Positions 13,203 to 25,990 are shown, counted from the first letter of the stretch. The stretch is DNA of 64,000 nt from Octopus sinensis (GCF_006345805.1 NC_043009.1:50468001-50532000), one strand, 5' to 3'. Made by a program: numbers and translations. Notes: a model not told the origin generated them from the letters alone.

Positions 13203-13742
13203 TTAATAAAAAAAAGTACCAATCCAGAGTGGTGAACTGGAAGAATTGTTAGAGAATCAGGCAAGATGCCATGCAGTATCTCTTCTGACAACACCAGTGC
13301 CAAGCTATATTGGTAGTCTTTACTTTGGATAAACATTGATGGCATGAAGAGGGAAGACTTTCATGCATGAATGTGCAGGCAAGGACAAAATTTTAAGGAA
13401 GATTAGTAGTTGCCCGTGCACACTGACTGAAAAAAGGCCTATAGTGTGCCACTGATTTTTAATAATATACAAAAATCCTAATGCAAATTTTTTCTAAAGT
13501 ATATGCTTGTTGAATGATTATAACAAAATAAATGCCTTATGTTACACAATGGGCCCTTTATGCACGTAGTTTCTATCATGCATTGGTTGCAGAATGTATG
13601 TATGTGTGTGTACTTACACATGCACAACTTACAGGGACTAGTAACTGTTGAGCTAGTTCTAAGATTATATTCGAATCAATAAAGTAAAAACAATGAATTT
13701 TCTTTTAGTTCTTCAATATATGAAGTTTTTTTATATATTAAT

Positions 13743-14137
13743 AGGCGCAGGAGTGGCTGTGTGGTAAGTAGCTTGTTTACCAACCACATGGTTCTGGGTT
13801 CAGTCTCACTGCGTGGCACCTTGGGCAAGTGTCTTCTACTATAGCCTCAGGCCGACCAATGCCTTGTGAGTGGATTTGGTAGACGGAAACTGAAAGAAGC
13901 CTGTCGTATATATGTATATATATATATGTATGTGTGTGTATGTTTGTGTGTCTGTGTTTGTCCCCCTAGCATTGCTTGACAACCAATGCTGGTGTGTTTA
14001 TGTCCCCGGCAAAAGAGACCGATAGAATAAGTACTGGCTTACAAAGAATAAGTCCCGGGTCGAGTTGCTCGACTAAAGGCGGTGCTCCAGCATGGCCACA
14101 GTCAAATGACTGAAACAAGTAAAAGAGTAAAAGAGTA
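13743..14137 (+). mobile_element. SINE family A, full length
   Basis: Complete head (AGGCGCAGGAGTGGCTGTGTGG) to tail, with a short internal deletion after TTATGTCCCC. Confidence 0.9.
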
Positions 14138-14162
14138 TTAGTATCTCAAGCAAAAGTCATAT

Positions 14163-14474
14163 TATAGCTTCAGGCCAATCAAAGCCTTCCGTGTAGATTT
14201 GGTAGATGGAAACTGAAAGAAGCCTATTGTATATACATACATACATACAAGTGTGTGTGTGTGTGGGGAGTATCTATGTATATGTGTTCATCTCCCACCA
14301 CTACTTGACAACAGGTGTTGGTTTGTATACATCCCTGTAACTTAATAGGTCAGCAAAAAGACAAGATAGAATAAGTACTACATTTAATAAGTACTGGGGT
14401 CAATTTGTGTGACTAAACCCATCAATGTGGTGCTCCAGCACAGCCACAGTCAAATGACTGAAACAAGTAAAAGA
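14163..14474 (+). mobile_element. Older 5'-truncated SINE family A
   Basis: Diverged body and tail GTCAAATGACTGAAACAAGTAAAAG directly after the previous copy. Confidence 0.75.
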
Positions 14475-14482
14475 TGTGTGTA

Positions 14483-14528
<46 letters not shown>

Positions 14529-16394
14529 ATATAAAATGATGAATTAAGTACATAGCTTATATACATACATACATGTATGGATTCATTCACACATCTAACA
14601 TACATAAACAAGGTGGTGCTGTAGCATGGCTTTGTCCATGATAGCTTAAGCAAAATATAAAACTAAAAAAAAAATTAAAGGACTTAGTTACTCGTGACTC
14701 ATCAACCTGCTACTACATTGTATACATATACAACATACTGACAATCTATATACTACATTGACACATATTTGTCTTTAGTGGTGCCCAGCCAATGACATGG
14801 TTATTCAGATTAACTCCCCCTTACACATCCCTACTCTCTCGTTTACTATTGGGCATGCAACAGCTGGTGAACAAGAGCCACTTAAAAGTGAAAGCTGTCC
14901 CCAAATACATTTTGCTGCAATGACTACAAGTTCGTGCTCTCTCTAATGATAAGCCCACAAAATTTCTACTAGTATGAAACAGGGATACAGCTAATTTACT
15001 TCTTCCCCAATGTACCACTTTCACACACACACACACACAAGATATCAAAAAGACTGGAAATATTAAGCGTAGATTTAATAAATGGTAGTATGTCAGATGC
15101 AGTCAGCTGTGTTTGGGGTACTGGAAAGAACCACAAATGTTACATAGAAAATTAAGCATCAAAAATAAAATAGGATAAAACAGAAATGCTACCAAGATAA
15201 TTTTGACAGTAAAATAGAAGTGTATTAATTACAAACTTCCACTGGAAGCTTACAAATGGTGAATTAGTTGAATGTCAAAAGGTCATTAATGGTTGGGTAT
15301 TATTTTGGTAAGCGACAGATTATCAGATAGTTTTAATAGTTTCTTTTTCTTTCCTCATCCCCTGCCACCAGTACCACCACCTCCATTAGATAAGCAAAAA
15401 GAACAGAAATAAGTCTTTAACTTTTGGAAAAATAACAAAAAAAATAACTTTGAAAGTATTTTCTCTTCCCTCTTTGTGTCTAATGAAAATTAAGAGGGAA
15501 GAAGCTTTCATTTCACTCAGAGATGAAAGTACCTATCTATTGCGATTTAAAAAAAAAAACTTTCTTTTTCTTCCCTTCTATTTTTAGACAACAGCCAGAT
15601 AACCAGATAGCTCATGTTAGGATTCTTTTATTTATTCATTATCGTTATCTATTTTTTTTCATATACCATCATCATCATCATTTAATATATTACTAATGAA
15701 CTTGTATCACATTTAACATAACAAACACTGAAGTAAAAATGTTGATGAGCAAACCACACACACACACATGCATATACATGCGCGCGCACACACACACACA
15801 CACACAAGATTAAGAATATGTAACAAATATAGTAAACATCTTGTGCACCAGAACACTACTAATCTAAACTGACAGTTTATAGGGAAAAATTCTTCCAAAC
15901 ACCAATCATTGACTCCATAGTTTAGTGGAAGACTTTGAAAAGTACCTTTTATGCAAGAAACATTACTCTTCATATCTTTGGATTTATCCAAAATATCATC
16001 CAAAATAAACAAGAACTTTCCATGAACAATCACTAAAGTTCAGCAAAGCCAGCAATGGTGATGGTGATTTTAAGACATTTGTGCAACCTACTGAAGTAGC
16101 ATCCATATATTCAAGCCAATGAGGAGGTTTCTAGATGACCACTTGACCTACTATAAACAGCTACCAAATCTCCCACACTGAACCAAGAAGGTTCACAGAT
16201 AGAGTGACACTGGTTATAAATCTGTTGGATCAAAACTCTTCAATTGTAAAACAACAATAACAACCACTGTGTCACATAACATGCAGTGTAATCTTAGACC
16301 AGTCAGGATAACATATCTTAGTTGATGGACATGTGCATTGCTCCCTCTCTATAACAGATCTAGTTAAACAAGAGGAATATAGTCATACCATGGC

Positions 16395-16965
16395 ATGTAG
16401 TTCATGGCTTAGTGGTTAGGCTGTTGGAATCCCGATCATAAGATTGATGTTTAGATTCCTGACCGGGCAATTCAGTATGTTTTTGAGTAAAACACTTTGT
16501 CTCGTATTGCTCTAGTCCACTGAGCTAGTAAAAGTGAGTAATCCTGTGATGGACTAAAAGGAGTACTCCATTGATTACGGTGACAAGGGTCCCAGCTGAT
16601 ACGATAAACAGAACAGCCTGCTTGTGAAATTAACATGCAAGTGGCTGAGCAATCCACAAACACGCATACCCCTAATGTAGTTCTCAGGGAGATTCAGCGT
16701 GACAAGGACGGCTCTTTGAAATACAGGTACAACTCATTTTTGCCAGCTGAGTGGACAGGAGCAACGTGAAATAAAGTGTCTTGCTCAAGGACACAACGCG
16801 TCGCCAGGAATTGAACTCACGACCTTACAATCATGAGCCGAATGCCCTAACCACTAAGCCATGCACCTTCACTGTGATGTACTAGTGTCCTGTCCAAGGA
16901 GAAAATATATGCACTACAGAAACTAGAAAATTGGCTCAGAGTCCGTATGACATGGGAAGAATCTA
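16395..16965 (+). mobile_element. Old family E-related SINE interrupted by a younger inverted copy
   Basis: Head CATGGCTTAGTGGTTAGG at about 16403. The body is split, with CTGTGATG(G/T)ACTA duplicated at 16544-16556 and 16872-16884. Confidence 0.6.
16557..16871 (-). mobile_element. SINE family E
   Basis: Minus-strand head GGTGCATGGCTTAGTGGTTAGGGCATTCGGC...GAGTTCAATTCC, core GTTGTGTCCTTGAGCAAGACAC. 13-bp TSD (12/13 identical). Confidence 0.85.
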
Positions 16966-17239
16966 ACATAGTCAAACCATGCAAAAATATATATCTTGCT
17001 AAATAGTTCATACCATATGAAATGTAAAAAATAGAATATAAAATGGTGATTTATATAAGGCCTCTATTGGTCAAACTTGACCATGCAGTTGCACATGAGT
17101 GCACAGGCCAGGGTGGTATTTTTTTAAAGCAGAACTGGTAATTTCCCATGCATGCAAGTTTTTCTCTTTACCACTAATGTTCATTCAAAGGAAAGGCTTC
17201 CACTTTGGGCTGATACAGATTGGTACCAATGATGTGCAG

Positions 17240-17430
17240 GTATCACTGTCAGAACACAAATAGCTAGAAACAGATACCACAAGATATCTAGTCCCTCTCT
17301 CTCTAACAGTTCCACCAATCTACTATCCTGGACTGATACCTTTTCCATTAATCCCGATAGAATGAAAAGCAATGTTGACTTCAACAGTATATGAACTCAG
17401 ATCTCAAAGAATTGGAACAAAAATCATAAA
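17240..17430 (-). mobile_element. Diverged SINE family B variant
   Basis: CCCGATAGAATGAAAAGCAATGTTGACTTC...TGAACTCAGA. Confidence 0.6.
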
Positions 17431-17974
17431 ATACTTAATGATGATAAATAAATAACAGAAACAGAATAGACAAATCATAAATCAAATTGATAAAATATAA
17501 AATTAATTTGAAAAAAATAATATGTTAATATTTCTCCCTAAAAGCTTAAAGTTTTCTGTGACACATGAACATTATCCATTTTATAAAACTTAATTAAATT
17601 TAAACAGAGATTGATGGTAACAAGCTAGATGCTAAGTAAAGCACAAAAAATTCAAACCTATCTCTAAGCATGTGGTGTGTGTAACTTCGATTTATTTTAC
17701 AAATGGAAACATTTTACAAATGAAAGATATTATTATTATTTTATTAAGAAATTCTATGTAATTCTTATATATGAATTGTTAATAAATTCTAATTTTACCA
17801 TCAGTTGTGATGCCAGCAGAAAGAAGAGAGAACTTTGTGTGATTCCTTATCAACTTGTTGCTAACTGTAACATCATGTTAAGAAACCACTAATGAAGAAT
17901 CCATATAACAGCAACATTTTGAAACATTAAGATATTTATTTAATGAATTGTGTATTCAGACAGCTTCTGAATGT

Positions 17975-18413
17975 ATGAACACACACATATATATATATAT
18001 ATATACTGTGTATATATAAACATATATATGAGCATATATATATATATATATATATACAGTGTATATATATATAAACATATATATGAGCATATTTATAGAT
18101 ATATATATACTGTGTATATATATATAAACATATATATGAGCATATATATATATATATATATGCACACACACGCAAACACAATTTTGCATGTGTGGTGTGC
18201 GTGTATAATACATATACATGTATATTTTTATGCATAAATATACATATAAATTCAGATATGTGTACACATACACAATTTATATGTATGAGTACAGACACAC
18301 ACACAAACACAATTTTGCATGTGTGGTGTGTGTATATAATACATATACATGTATATTTTTATGTATAAATGTACATATAAATTCAGATATGTGTACACAT
18401 ACACAATTTATAT
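17975..18413. repeat. Tandem arrays: three ~45-bp TA-rich units, then a 131-bp-period duplication
   Basis: ACTGTGTATATATAAACATATATATGAGCAT occurs three times. CAAACACAATTTTGCATG...CACAATTTATAT occurs at 18173-18282 and 18304-18413. Confidence 0.85.
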
Positions 18414-18695
18414 CTGTTGTGGGTGGAAGGAGGATTTTGGTAATGACTGGAATGCCAGATCACATGTTTGGTTGTTGTTGTTCTTTAAAAAGAAGTATTC
18501 AGGTTGATTTGTTCAACTAAAACCCTTCAGGGCTGTGCTCCAGTATGACTGTAGTCCAATGATTAAAATGTCTTTCACTGAAATTGTGTTGGACTATTTC
18601 CCCATCTTTATACAAAACTGTTCTAAATTGCAGGGTAAAATTTTCAATTGAATTAAACCATTTCTGTTATTCTGTGTGTTGTGTTTATTAAATAA

Positions 18696-19090
18696 CTAGC
18701 AGTATCGCCCGGCGTTGCTCGGGTTTGTAAGGGAAATAACTATAAAGCATTTTTAGAGAGTTATAGCCAAAAAACAGCAAAAAATGCATTAAAAATGGAA
18801 AAAAATTATGGTAAATTTTTTTGGAAATCGTTGACTCATCGTAGACATTTTTAGAGAGTTACTTTCCTTTATTTAAAAAATATACTTTAAAATGGAAAAA
18901 AATTATAGTAAATTATTTTTAAAATCGTAGACTCATCATTGATGTGCGCTAATACCCAGAAGGGCTCGATATGAATCACGACTATAAGATACCCGGTTTT
19001 GGTTAAACTGCACCGCAAAATGTGGGAGTAGTTAGGAATCTAAATCATAGGAGACAGACACTCACACAACTTCACTTTTATATATATAGA
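18696..19090 (-). mobile_element. Non-autonomous Helitron (~395 bp)
   Basis: Minus strand: A|TCTATATATAT... 5' TC end, 3' GC-rich hairpin CCCGAGCAACGCCGGG (18708-18723) then CTAG|T. Inserted between A and T with no TSD. Internal degenerate direct repeats. Confidence 0.85.
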
Positions 19091-20689
19091 TATACAGGAT
19101 TTACAAAGTTACAGGAAACACAAATGGTGTGGATTAAGAGGATAAACCTCATTGTGACTGGATGATAATTTACTACTTTGCAAAATGCTTTACAGAACAT
19201 TAAAGAAAGTTGAAAATGCTTGAAAAAGAAGTTCAAAAACTTAGATTCACAACAGTTCCTTTGTTATTATGTCCATCAGGTCATGTAGAGGGAACAAAAG
19301 AAAGGCAAGGTAAAATAGCTCCTTCAGAAGAGAAGAAATTCTCATTTAAAGAACTCCCAAGCTGAACATGATATTGTCAATAGTAAACTACTGGACCATG
19401 ATTATTTTTGGACTGATCCACCTTCAGTCACCATTGCAGCCACATATTCTGTTATTTCAGTCATTGCTATTCCATTCAAAACAAGAACAATATCATTCAG
19501 AAATTCGAACCATCAGATTATAAGTTTTTCAGTGGAAGGAATGGTGGGTGAGAGAATGAATAAAATATATAGTTTATGAATCAGCTAGCTCTCAGTTACG
19601 GTTGCCAAATATTCAGAATAAATCAGACACTTGAAACACCTTTAAGAATAGCCAAACATGGCTCGCCAATTATCTTAGATAATTACAGAGCACAACTGTT
19701 CAACTTTTTATGTATTAGCTATGCAAACAGAGTGGCTATTGTACTATCTGTCATCAGCAAGGGTAACAAATTATTAACATATTACAGAGGAATCTAAGCA
19801 GAGATAAAATTGATTGTTATATGAATACTGAATTGAAGAATCAGTGGAGTAGAGCAGATCAGCTGTAACCTTATTACATATCCAGTGGCCTGACAGTGCA
19901 GAATGGGACAGTGGTTAAGGGGTACCTACTAATGAAAGAATAGATTCGGACAATTGTGATGGTATTTAGTACACATCATTAACAATGTTACTACTGTATC
20001 GGTACTACTAGCATTAGGTGTACATAATTACTGCCTACCAGCTAAAATACTAATGGAGTTAAATCGGTTATCTGTAACAGGATACACAATTACCTTAATT
20101 ACACAGAGGAGTTTAGTGTAGCAACATGGTAGCTCTTTTAGAATACAAATTAAGAAGGGTCCCATAAATAAAAGGAAATACCAATAGGGACCAATTTTTA
20201 AAATGCCAGTTGTGTGAGTGATTTGGGAGAATGTTGTTTGGGCTCTAGACCCACTACTAACTTCTGTATGGTAACAGATATATTTCAGTGACACATTTTT
20301 AGTCATTTGTATGCATAAAATAACTGATTAAAAGTATGGTCATCATTGGTATTGTTTAGCCCTCAATTAGCCTAGATCAAGCAACCTTATGTTTAAAAAA
20401 ATTGAAGCCATGACCCTCATATCTTTATTTTAATGGGATTTAATAAAAAAAAAAAAAAAAGTAATGTTGTAGATTGTATTATTCAATATGGCATTTTTTT
20501 ACAACACAAGAGGCATCAGTAATGTTATGTGACAATGTTATGTGCATGATACTTTGAGCAAGTGTCTTCTACCTAGCTCTGGGTCAACTACAACCTGATG
20601 AGTAGATTTGATAGATGAACACTGAAAAGAAGCCTATCATATACATATATATATCATCATCATCATCATTTAACATCCATTTTCATGCT

Positions 20690-20889
20690 AAATGTGACTG
20701 CGTGTGTACCGTTGGCGATTTTTTTCCTCTGTCTTCCCTTCTCTGGATCTTTCCTTCTCCTATGTTTCCGACGAAGAGCTCCGCTCGAAACGTTAAACCC
20801 TCCTTCTTTCCTGAGCGTCCAATAATACTATATTTGTTCAACGTCCTTGCGTTGTTGTGTCTTTTTGTGCTTTCATGTTTGGATTAACT
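20690..20889 (+). mobile_element. (TA)n-associated element, subfamily P, with hammerhead-like motif
   Basis: Near-identical inverted copy at 61438-61637. 3' end abuts (TA)n. Motif GTTT-CCGACGA-A-GAGC-TCC-GCTC-GAAA-CGT-T-AAAC at 20764-20798. Confidence 0.8.
20764..20798 (+). ncRNA. Minimal type I hammerhead ribozyme-like motif (U4C core variant)
   Basis: Helix I GUUU/AAAC, core CCGACGA plus GAAA, helix II GAGC/GCUC, palindromic ACGU helix III, GUU cleavage triplet. Confidence 0.6.
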
Positions 20890-20915
20890 TTATATATATA
20901 TATATATATATATAT

Positions 20916-21101
20916 TGTGATAATTTACATAAAAACAAGACAAAGACAGGTGTGTAAAGAACAAATAGATGTATTAGTTTAATGCTCGGGAAGTAAGAAA
21001 GTCTTTTACATTTCGAGCCTACGCTCTTCGACAGAAAGGAACACAGAAATAAACAGGGAGAGAAAATAAAAAAAGGTTTAGTGGCTAGCAATCTATCATG
21101 G
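20916..21101 (-). mobile_element. (TA)n-associated element, subfamily D, with hammerhead-like motif
   Basis: Homologous to 59876-60081 and 62813-62950. Shares TTCC(T/C)GAGC and AATACA with subfamily P. 3' end abuts (TA)n. Confidence 0.8.
21003..21038 (-). ncRNA. Minimal type I hammerhead ribozyme-like motif (A6U core variant)
   Basis: Minus strand CUUU-CUGUCGA-A-GAGC-GUAG-GCUC-GAAA-UGU-A-AAAG. Confidence 0.55.
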
Positions 21102-21132
21102 TCAATGTTGGACGTATGTATATATGTATCTA

Positions 21133-21350
21133 TGTGTGTATTTTGGTGATTGTTCCCTAATGTCACCACCAGTGAACTGGTGTTGCTTTGTTTACACCCC
21201 TGTAACTTAGTCTATTGGTTTCTTTTGCCAAACAGCTAAGTACTAGGCTGAAAAAAGTACTGAGGCTGATTTGTGTGATTAAACTATTTAAAGTGGAGCC
21301 CCCCAGCATGGCTGTAGCCCAATGACTGAAACAAGTAAATGCTAAAAGAT
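21133..21350 (+). mobile_element. Diverged 3' half of SINE family A carrying a 25-bp internal inversion
   Basis: Body and tail match family A, but 21211-21235 is the reverse complement of the consensus segment. Confidence 0.8.
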
Positions 21351-21670
21351 AGCACAGTGAATGTGTATTGAGGAAGAACAGGGTACTATTGGGAGTATCA
21401 TGGGGTAGAGCTAGTCTGCAGAATTGTAGCATGGTTTATCAGATAGTATTGGTGTTGTAGAGAATTATCTTGGAGGATGATGATGATATCTGTACAGTAT
21501 CATTCAACTAACATATATTGTTCCATAACAATTACTTAGAACTAGAAGATGATTTGTGAGATGGAAAAGATCATTTTAACCAATTTACTGAATTACAGAA
21601 ACATTCAAGACAGATCAGCTTAGTGCTGCAACAAATATATTTATATCATCTCACACACACACACACACTT

Positions 21671-21706
<36 letters not shown>

Positions 21707-21889
21707 ACATACACACACACAAACAAAGGCTCCAAGAAACTTATAAAAACCTTGAAATATAAAAAGAAATATCTAAACATTTCTTTGTCAAGTTACATTT
21801 CAAACTAAGATATTACATACATGTGCACAGATAGATACATAAATAAGCATATCTATATAGATTTATAGATAGATACATACATACATAAG

Positions 21890-21931
<42 letters not shown>

Positions 21932-22274
21932 CATACATAATAGATTTACATATATGTATATACATACACAAAGAAAGATGACACACACACACACACATAT
22001 GTAAATGGAAATATTCTGAATGGAAAACACCTACTTAAAGAAGCTCTTAACAAGGAACATATCTCTTAACAAGGGACATATCTCCCAGTGTTAAAATGCT
22101 ATATTCATGGTTTCCTGCCATTTTCACCAACAAAGATATATTCTCAGGCTACCATCTTGTTTATTGTAAGCCACTACGAGAGGGAAAGAGATAGATAGAT
22201 AGAGAGATAGAGATAGGGGAGGAATGAGAGCAAGATTTATTGATCCTTTAATATATTATATAAATAAATATATA

Positions 22275-22338
<64 letters not shown>

Positions 22339-22363
22339 GTTTATTTATATATAGGTGTGTGCA

Positions 22364-22428
<65 letters not shown>

Positions 22429-22663
22429 ATATATATATATGTACGTACACACCTAATGGATGAGGCAAAAATTGCTAACCCATCATAAATAGAAACAAGG
22501 AGAAATACAATATGTTTAATTAAGATATAGTGCAAGTAAAAATGGGAAAAAAATTTTGAAGTAATAGCTGATGTAATATGCAGTATAGTTTCTAAAATAT
22601 AATTTACATACATATTATATATATGTATATGTGTGTATGTGTGTGTATATATATGTATGTATA

Positions 22664-22782
<119 letters not shown>

Positions 22783-23585
22783 TCTATATATATATATATT
22801 ATTCATATATACTATCAATTGTGACAAACAGACACACACACACACACCACACACACACACACAACACACACACACACACACATGGGTGAGTAGATGTTTA
22901 GCAAATATGAAGTTTTGCTTAGTTTACTCTAATTTGCTAAAATAGAGTAATAGCTAATATATTTGTTACAGACTAAAATGAATAGTCTTGTGCGTGTATG
23001 TGTGTATAGTGTGATCTTAAGTTCAATCTCAGTATGTCTTTAAGTTCAATCTCAGAAAACCTGCCTCAACAAATTCCATCAGACTTATTCAAGAATAGAT
23101 ATGTGTACATTAAGCAACGATGATGATTATGATAATGATGATGAAGAGAATGCATAATTCAATCAACTTTTTTCACATCTCCTTCACCATACTCCAGAAA
23201 AGTATTTTTTAAAAATTTATTTTATCTAGTTTCAGCTCACAAGCTGTGGCCATGCTGGGGCACAGTATATTACATAAAGTAAATAAAGTTGTTATTATTG
23301 TTACTTATGTGTACCAGCTTTAGGTCAACTCTGGGCAAACAGACATACAGTACACAGGTAGTTGTTCAAAAGATTAAGCAAGGCCCACAGATCTGTTATT
23401 CCAGATATCATATTCTTTTAACAAATTGAGAACCATGATGCATACAGTGACATGCAGTTACTAATCATACAGGGTGCAGTGATGCAATAGGGACATATAT
23501 TCTCTACATATTATATTCTTAAGTTCTACAGTTTCAGAAATGGCAAATATTTTGATTGTCTGTGAGCAATAGACAAACAAACAAA

Positions 23586-23758
23586 TAGGCGCAGGAGTGG
23601 CTGTGTGGTAAGTAGCTTGTTTACCAACCACATGGTTCCGGGTTCAGTCCCACTGTGTGGCACCTTGGGCAAGTGTTTTCTACTATAGCCTCGGGCTGAC
23701 CAAAGCCTTGTGAGTGGATTTGGTAGACAGAAACTGAAAGAAGCCTGTCGTATATATG

Positions 23759-23789
<31 letters not shown>

Positions 23790-24017
23790 TTGTGTGTGTG
23801 TGTTTGTCCCCCTAGCATTGCTTGACAACCGATGTTGGTGTGTTTACATCCCCGTTACTTAGCAGTTCGGCAAAAGAGACCGAGAGAATAAGTACTGGGC
23901 TTACAAAATAATAAGTCCCGGGTTCGAGTTGCTCGACTAAAGGCGGTGCTCCAGCATGGCCGCAGTCAAATGACTGAAACAAGTAAAAGAGTAAAAGAGT
24001 AAAAGAGTAAAGAGTAA
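23586..24017 (+). mobile_element. SINE family A, full length
   Basis: Complete head, body and (GTAAAAGA)n tail. Confidence 0.9.
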
Positions 24018-25235
24018 ACTAGTTAATTTTATTTTCAAGAAATCTAGTGATTTATATCAAAATCTACACATCTAGTTTACAGAAATGTAATATAAGTGAA
24101 TCATGACACTGCGAACACACCAAACTATCCAGTTTCCACTTAATTCAATACTCAACCAAAAACCAATCAGTGTATTTCTATCTTTCTTTATTTATCTGTC
24201 TACCTATCTATCTATTTATTTATCTATGTATCTATCTATCTCTCTTTCTTAAACTCTGTCTCTCTCCCTCCTCACTGTTTTTATCAGCTGTATTATCAGA
24301 TGATTTTGGGAAAAGAATACTTAGCCTTCTGTTCAGGACAGATCACAGTGCTAATGTTGGGATATGAAACCATAACCCTTCTGGTAAAAGAGGTGATATA
24401 TTCATTTGGCTATTGTAGGTTCTCCCTGACAGTGATATTGATCCAGTTGAGTAGTAGCATCAACACAAAACGGCTACAAGTAATCACAGCTCAACATAAG
24501 TTCTTTTATGACTTCCATTTATGAGAGAGAGGACAATTTCAGTTTAGAAATAGAAAAAGACAGGGATCATTTCAGCATGCCTAGCATCAAACCACACAAT
24601 GAGATCCCACATTATATGCACTAAGCAACTGCATCTCATAACCATAAATAAATACAATACCCAAGGATATTTGCAATTATTTGTGAATGTGCATTTTGAC
24701 GATTTAATGAAAAGCATGAATCTAAAAAAGGCTTGCACGCCAAGTAATTTTGTAAAAGCTTTTGTTCTGAATGTATATATTACTGTATATGGCAGTATAT
24801 ATTACAGTCAGAATTGTGTTGCTCCACCAGTTGCTTGCTGTGAGCAAATCACATCTGAATTAAGTAGCCTTTTCCTTGCTTTGTACATCATGGTATTTTG
24901 TTATGAGAGCTTTCATAGAAATTCTATGCACGTTGAATCCTCCATTGAAAAACCAATAGTTAGGGGACTAAAGATGTGCTGTATCTATTGTGTATAGTCA
25001 GATTAGTGGAACAAGTGATATTTTAAGCTAGTCTATGACCAAATGGTGTGGTTTTTCAGGACCAAGTATTTTATTCTATTTGTCATGTGGTTAAACTAAA
25101 TCTAAATATATTGTTGTGCTCTCTAGATCCAATTGCTAACAGTGGAATTCTGGCATATCTGCATGATTTCTCTAGCGATCAGCTATCAACAAAGACAAAT
25201 GGAAGGGATTGTTGTTGTCGTCATTATTATTATTA

Positions 25236-25268
<33 letters not shown>

Positions 25269-25270
25269 TA

Positions 25271-25319
<49 letters not shown>

Positions 25320-25990
25320 TTAGCCATCTCAATAAAAGTCTTTTCAACAACTTAGCAAAGGCAATCCTTCATTGTGTAGGATTTTGCATGAGCATGGCCA
25401 AAGCACTGAACTTTAAATTTCATAACCATGCTTCCTACTTCTCCTCCTCCTCCTCCAACTACTACTACTACTACAACTCTTTCCTATTGAACAAACCATA
25501 CATTCCCAGTTTTATTAGAGTTAAATGCCTTGCCTATGATTTTCACATCATTAGTGATGGTGTATGATCACATGGTACACGATCCAATATTAAAATTGCA
25601 TAATTGCATCTGCAGTTAAATCAATATATTCCCTTCTGGAGAAATAACAGATGGAATAAAAAGAAACTACAAAAATATATACATAAATGCAAGCATGGCT
25701 GTGTGGTTTAGGGTTCAATCTCATTTCATTCTAGTTTTGTGCAAGTATCTTCAGCTGCACCTTCAGGCTGACCAAAGCCTTGTGCACAGAATTTGATGGA
25801 AACACTAGGAAAGTCCACTGTATATATCTATATACACACATAAATATCAGACAATGAGAATGATTGTTCAACACTACATTGGTGGATAAAATTTCTTTAT
25901 TTGTGTATTAAGGCTACCATTGTTTCCAAGTTGAGAAAATTCTCTTAATATCCTAAGTTTTCATCCCAAATGGAGGAGAACATCATAATC

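Noticed and set aside
24599-24997. 132-aa ORF
   Set aside because: No recognisable domain, AT-rich codon use, and a length near chance expectation.
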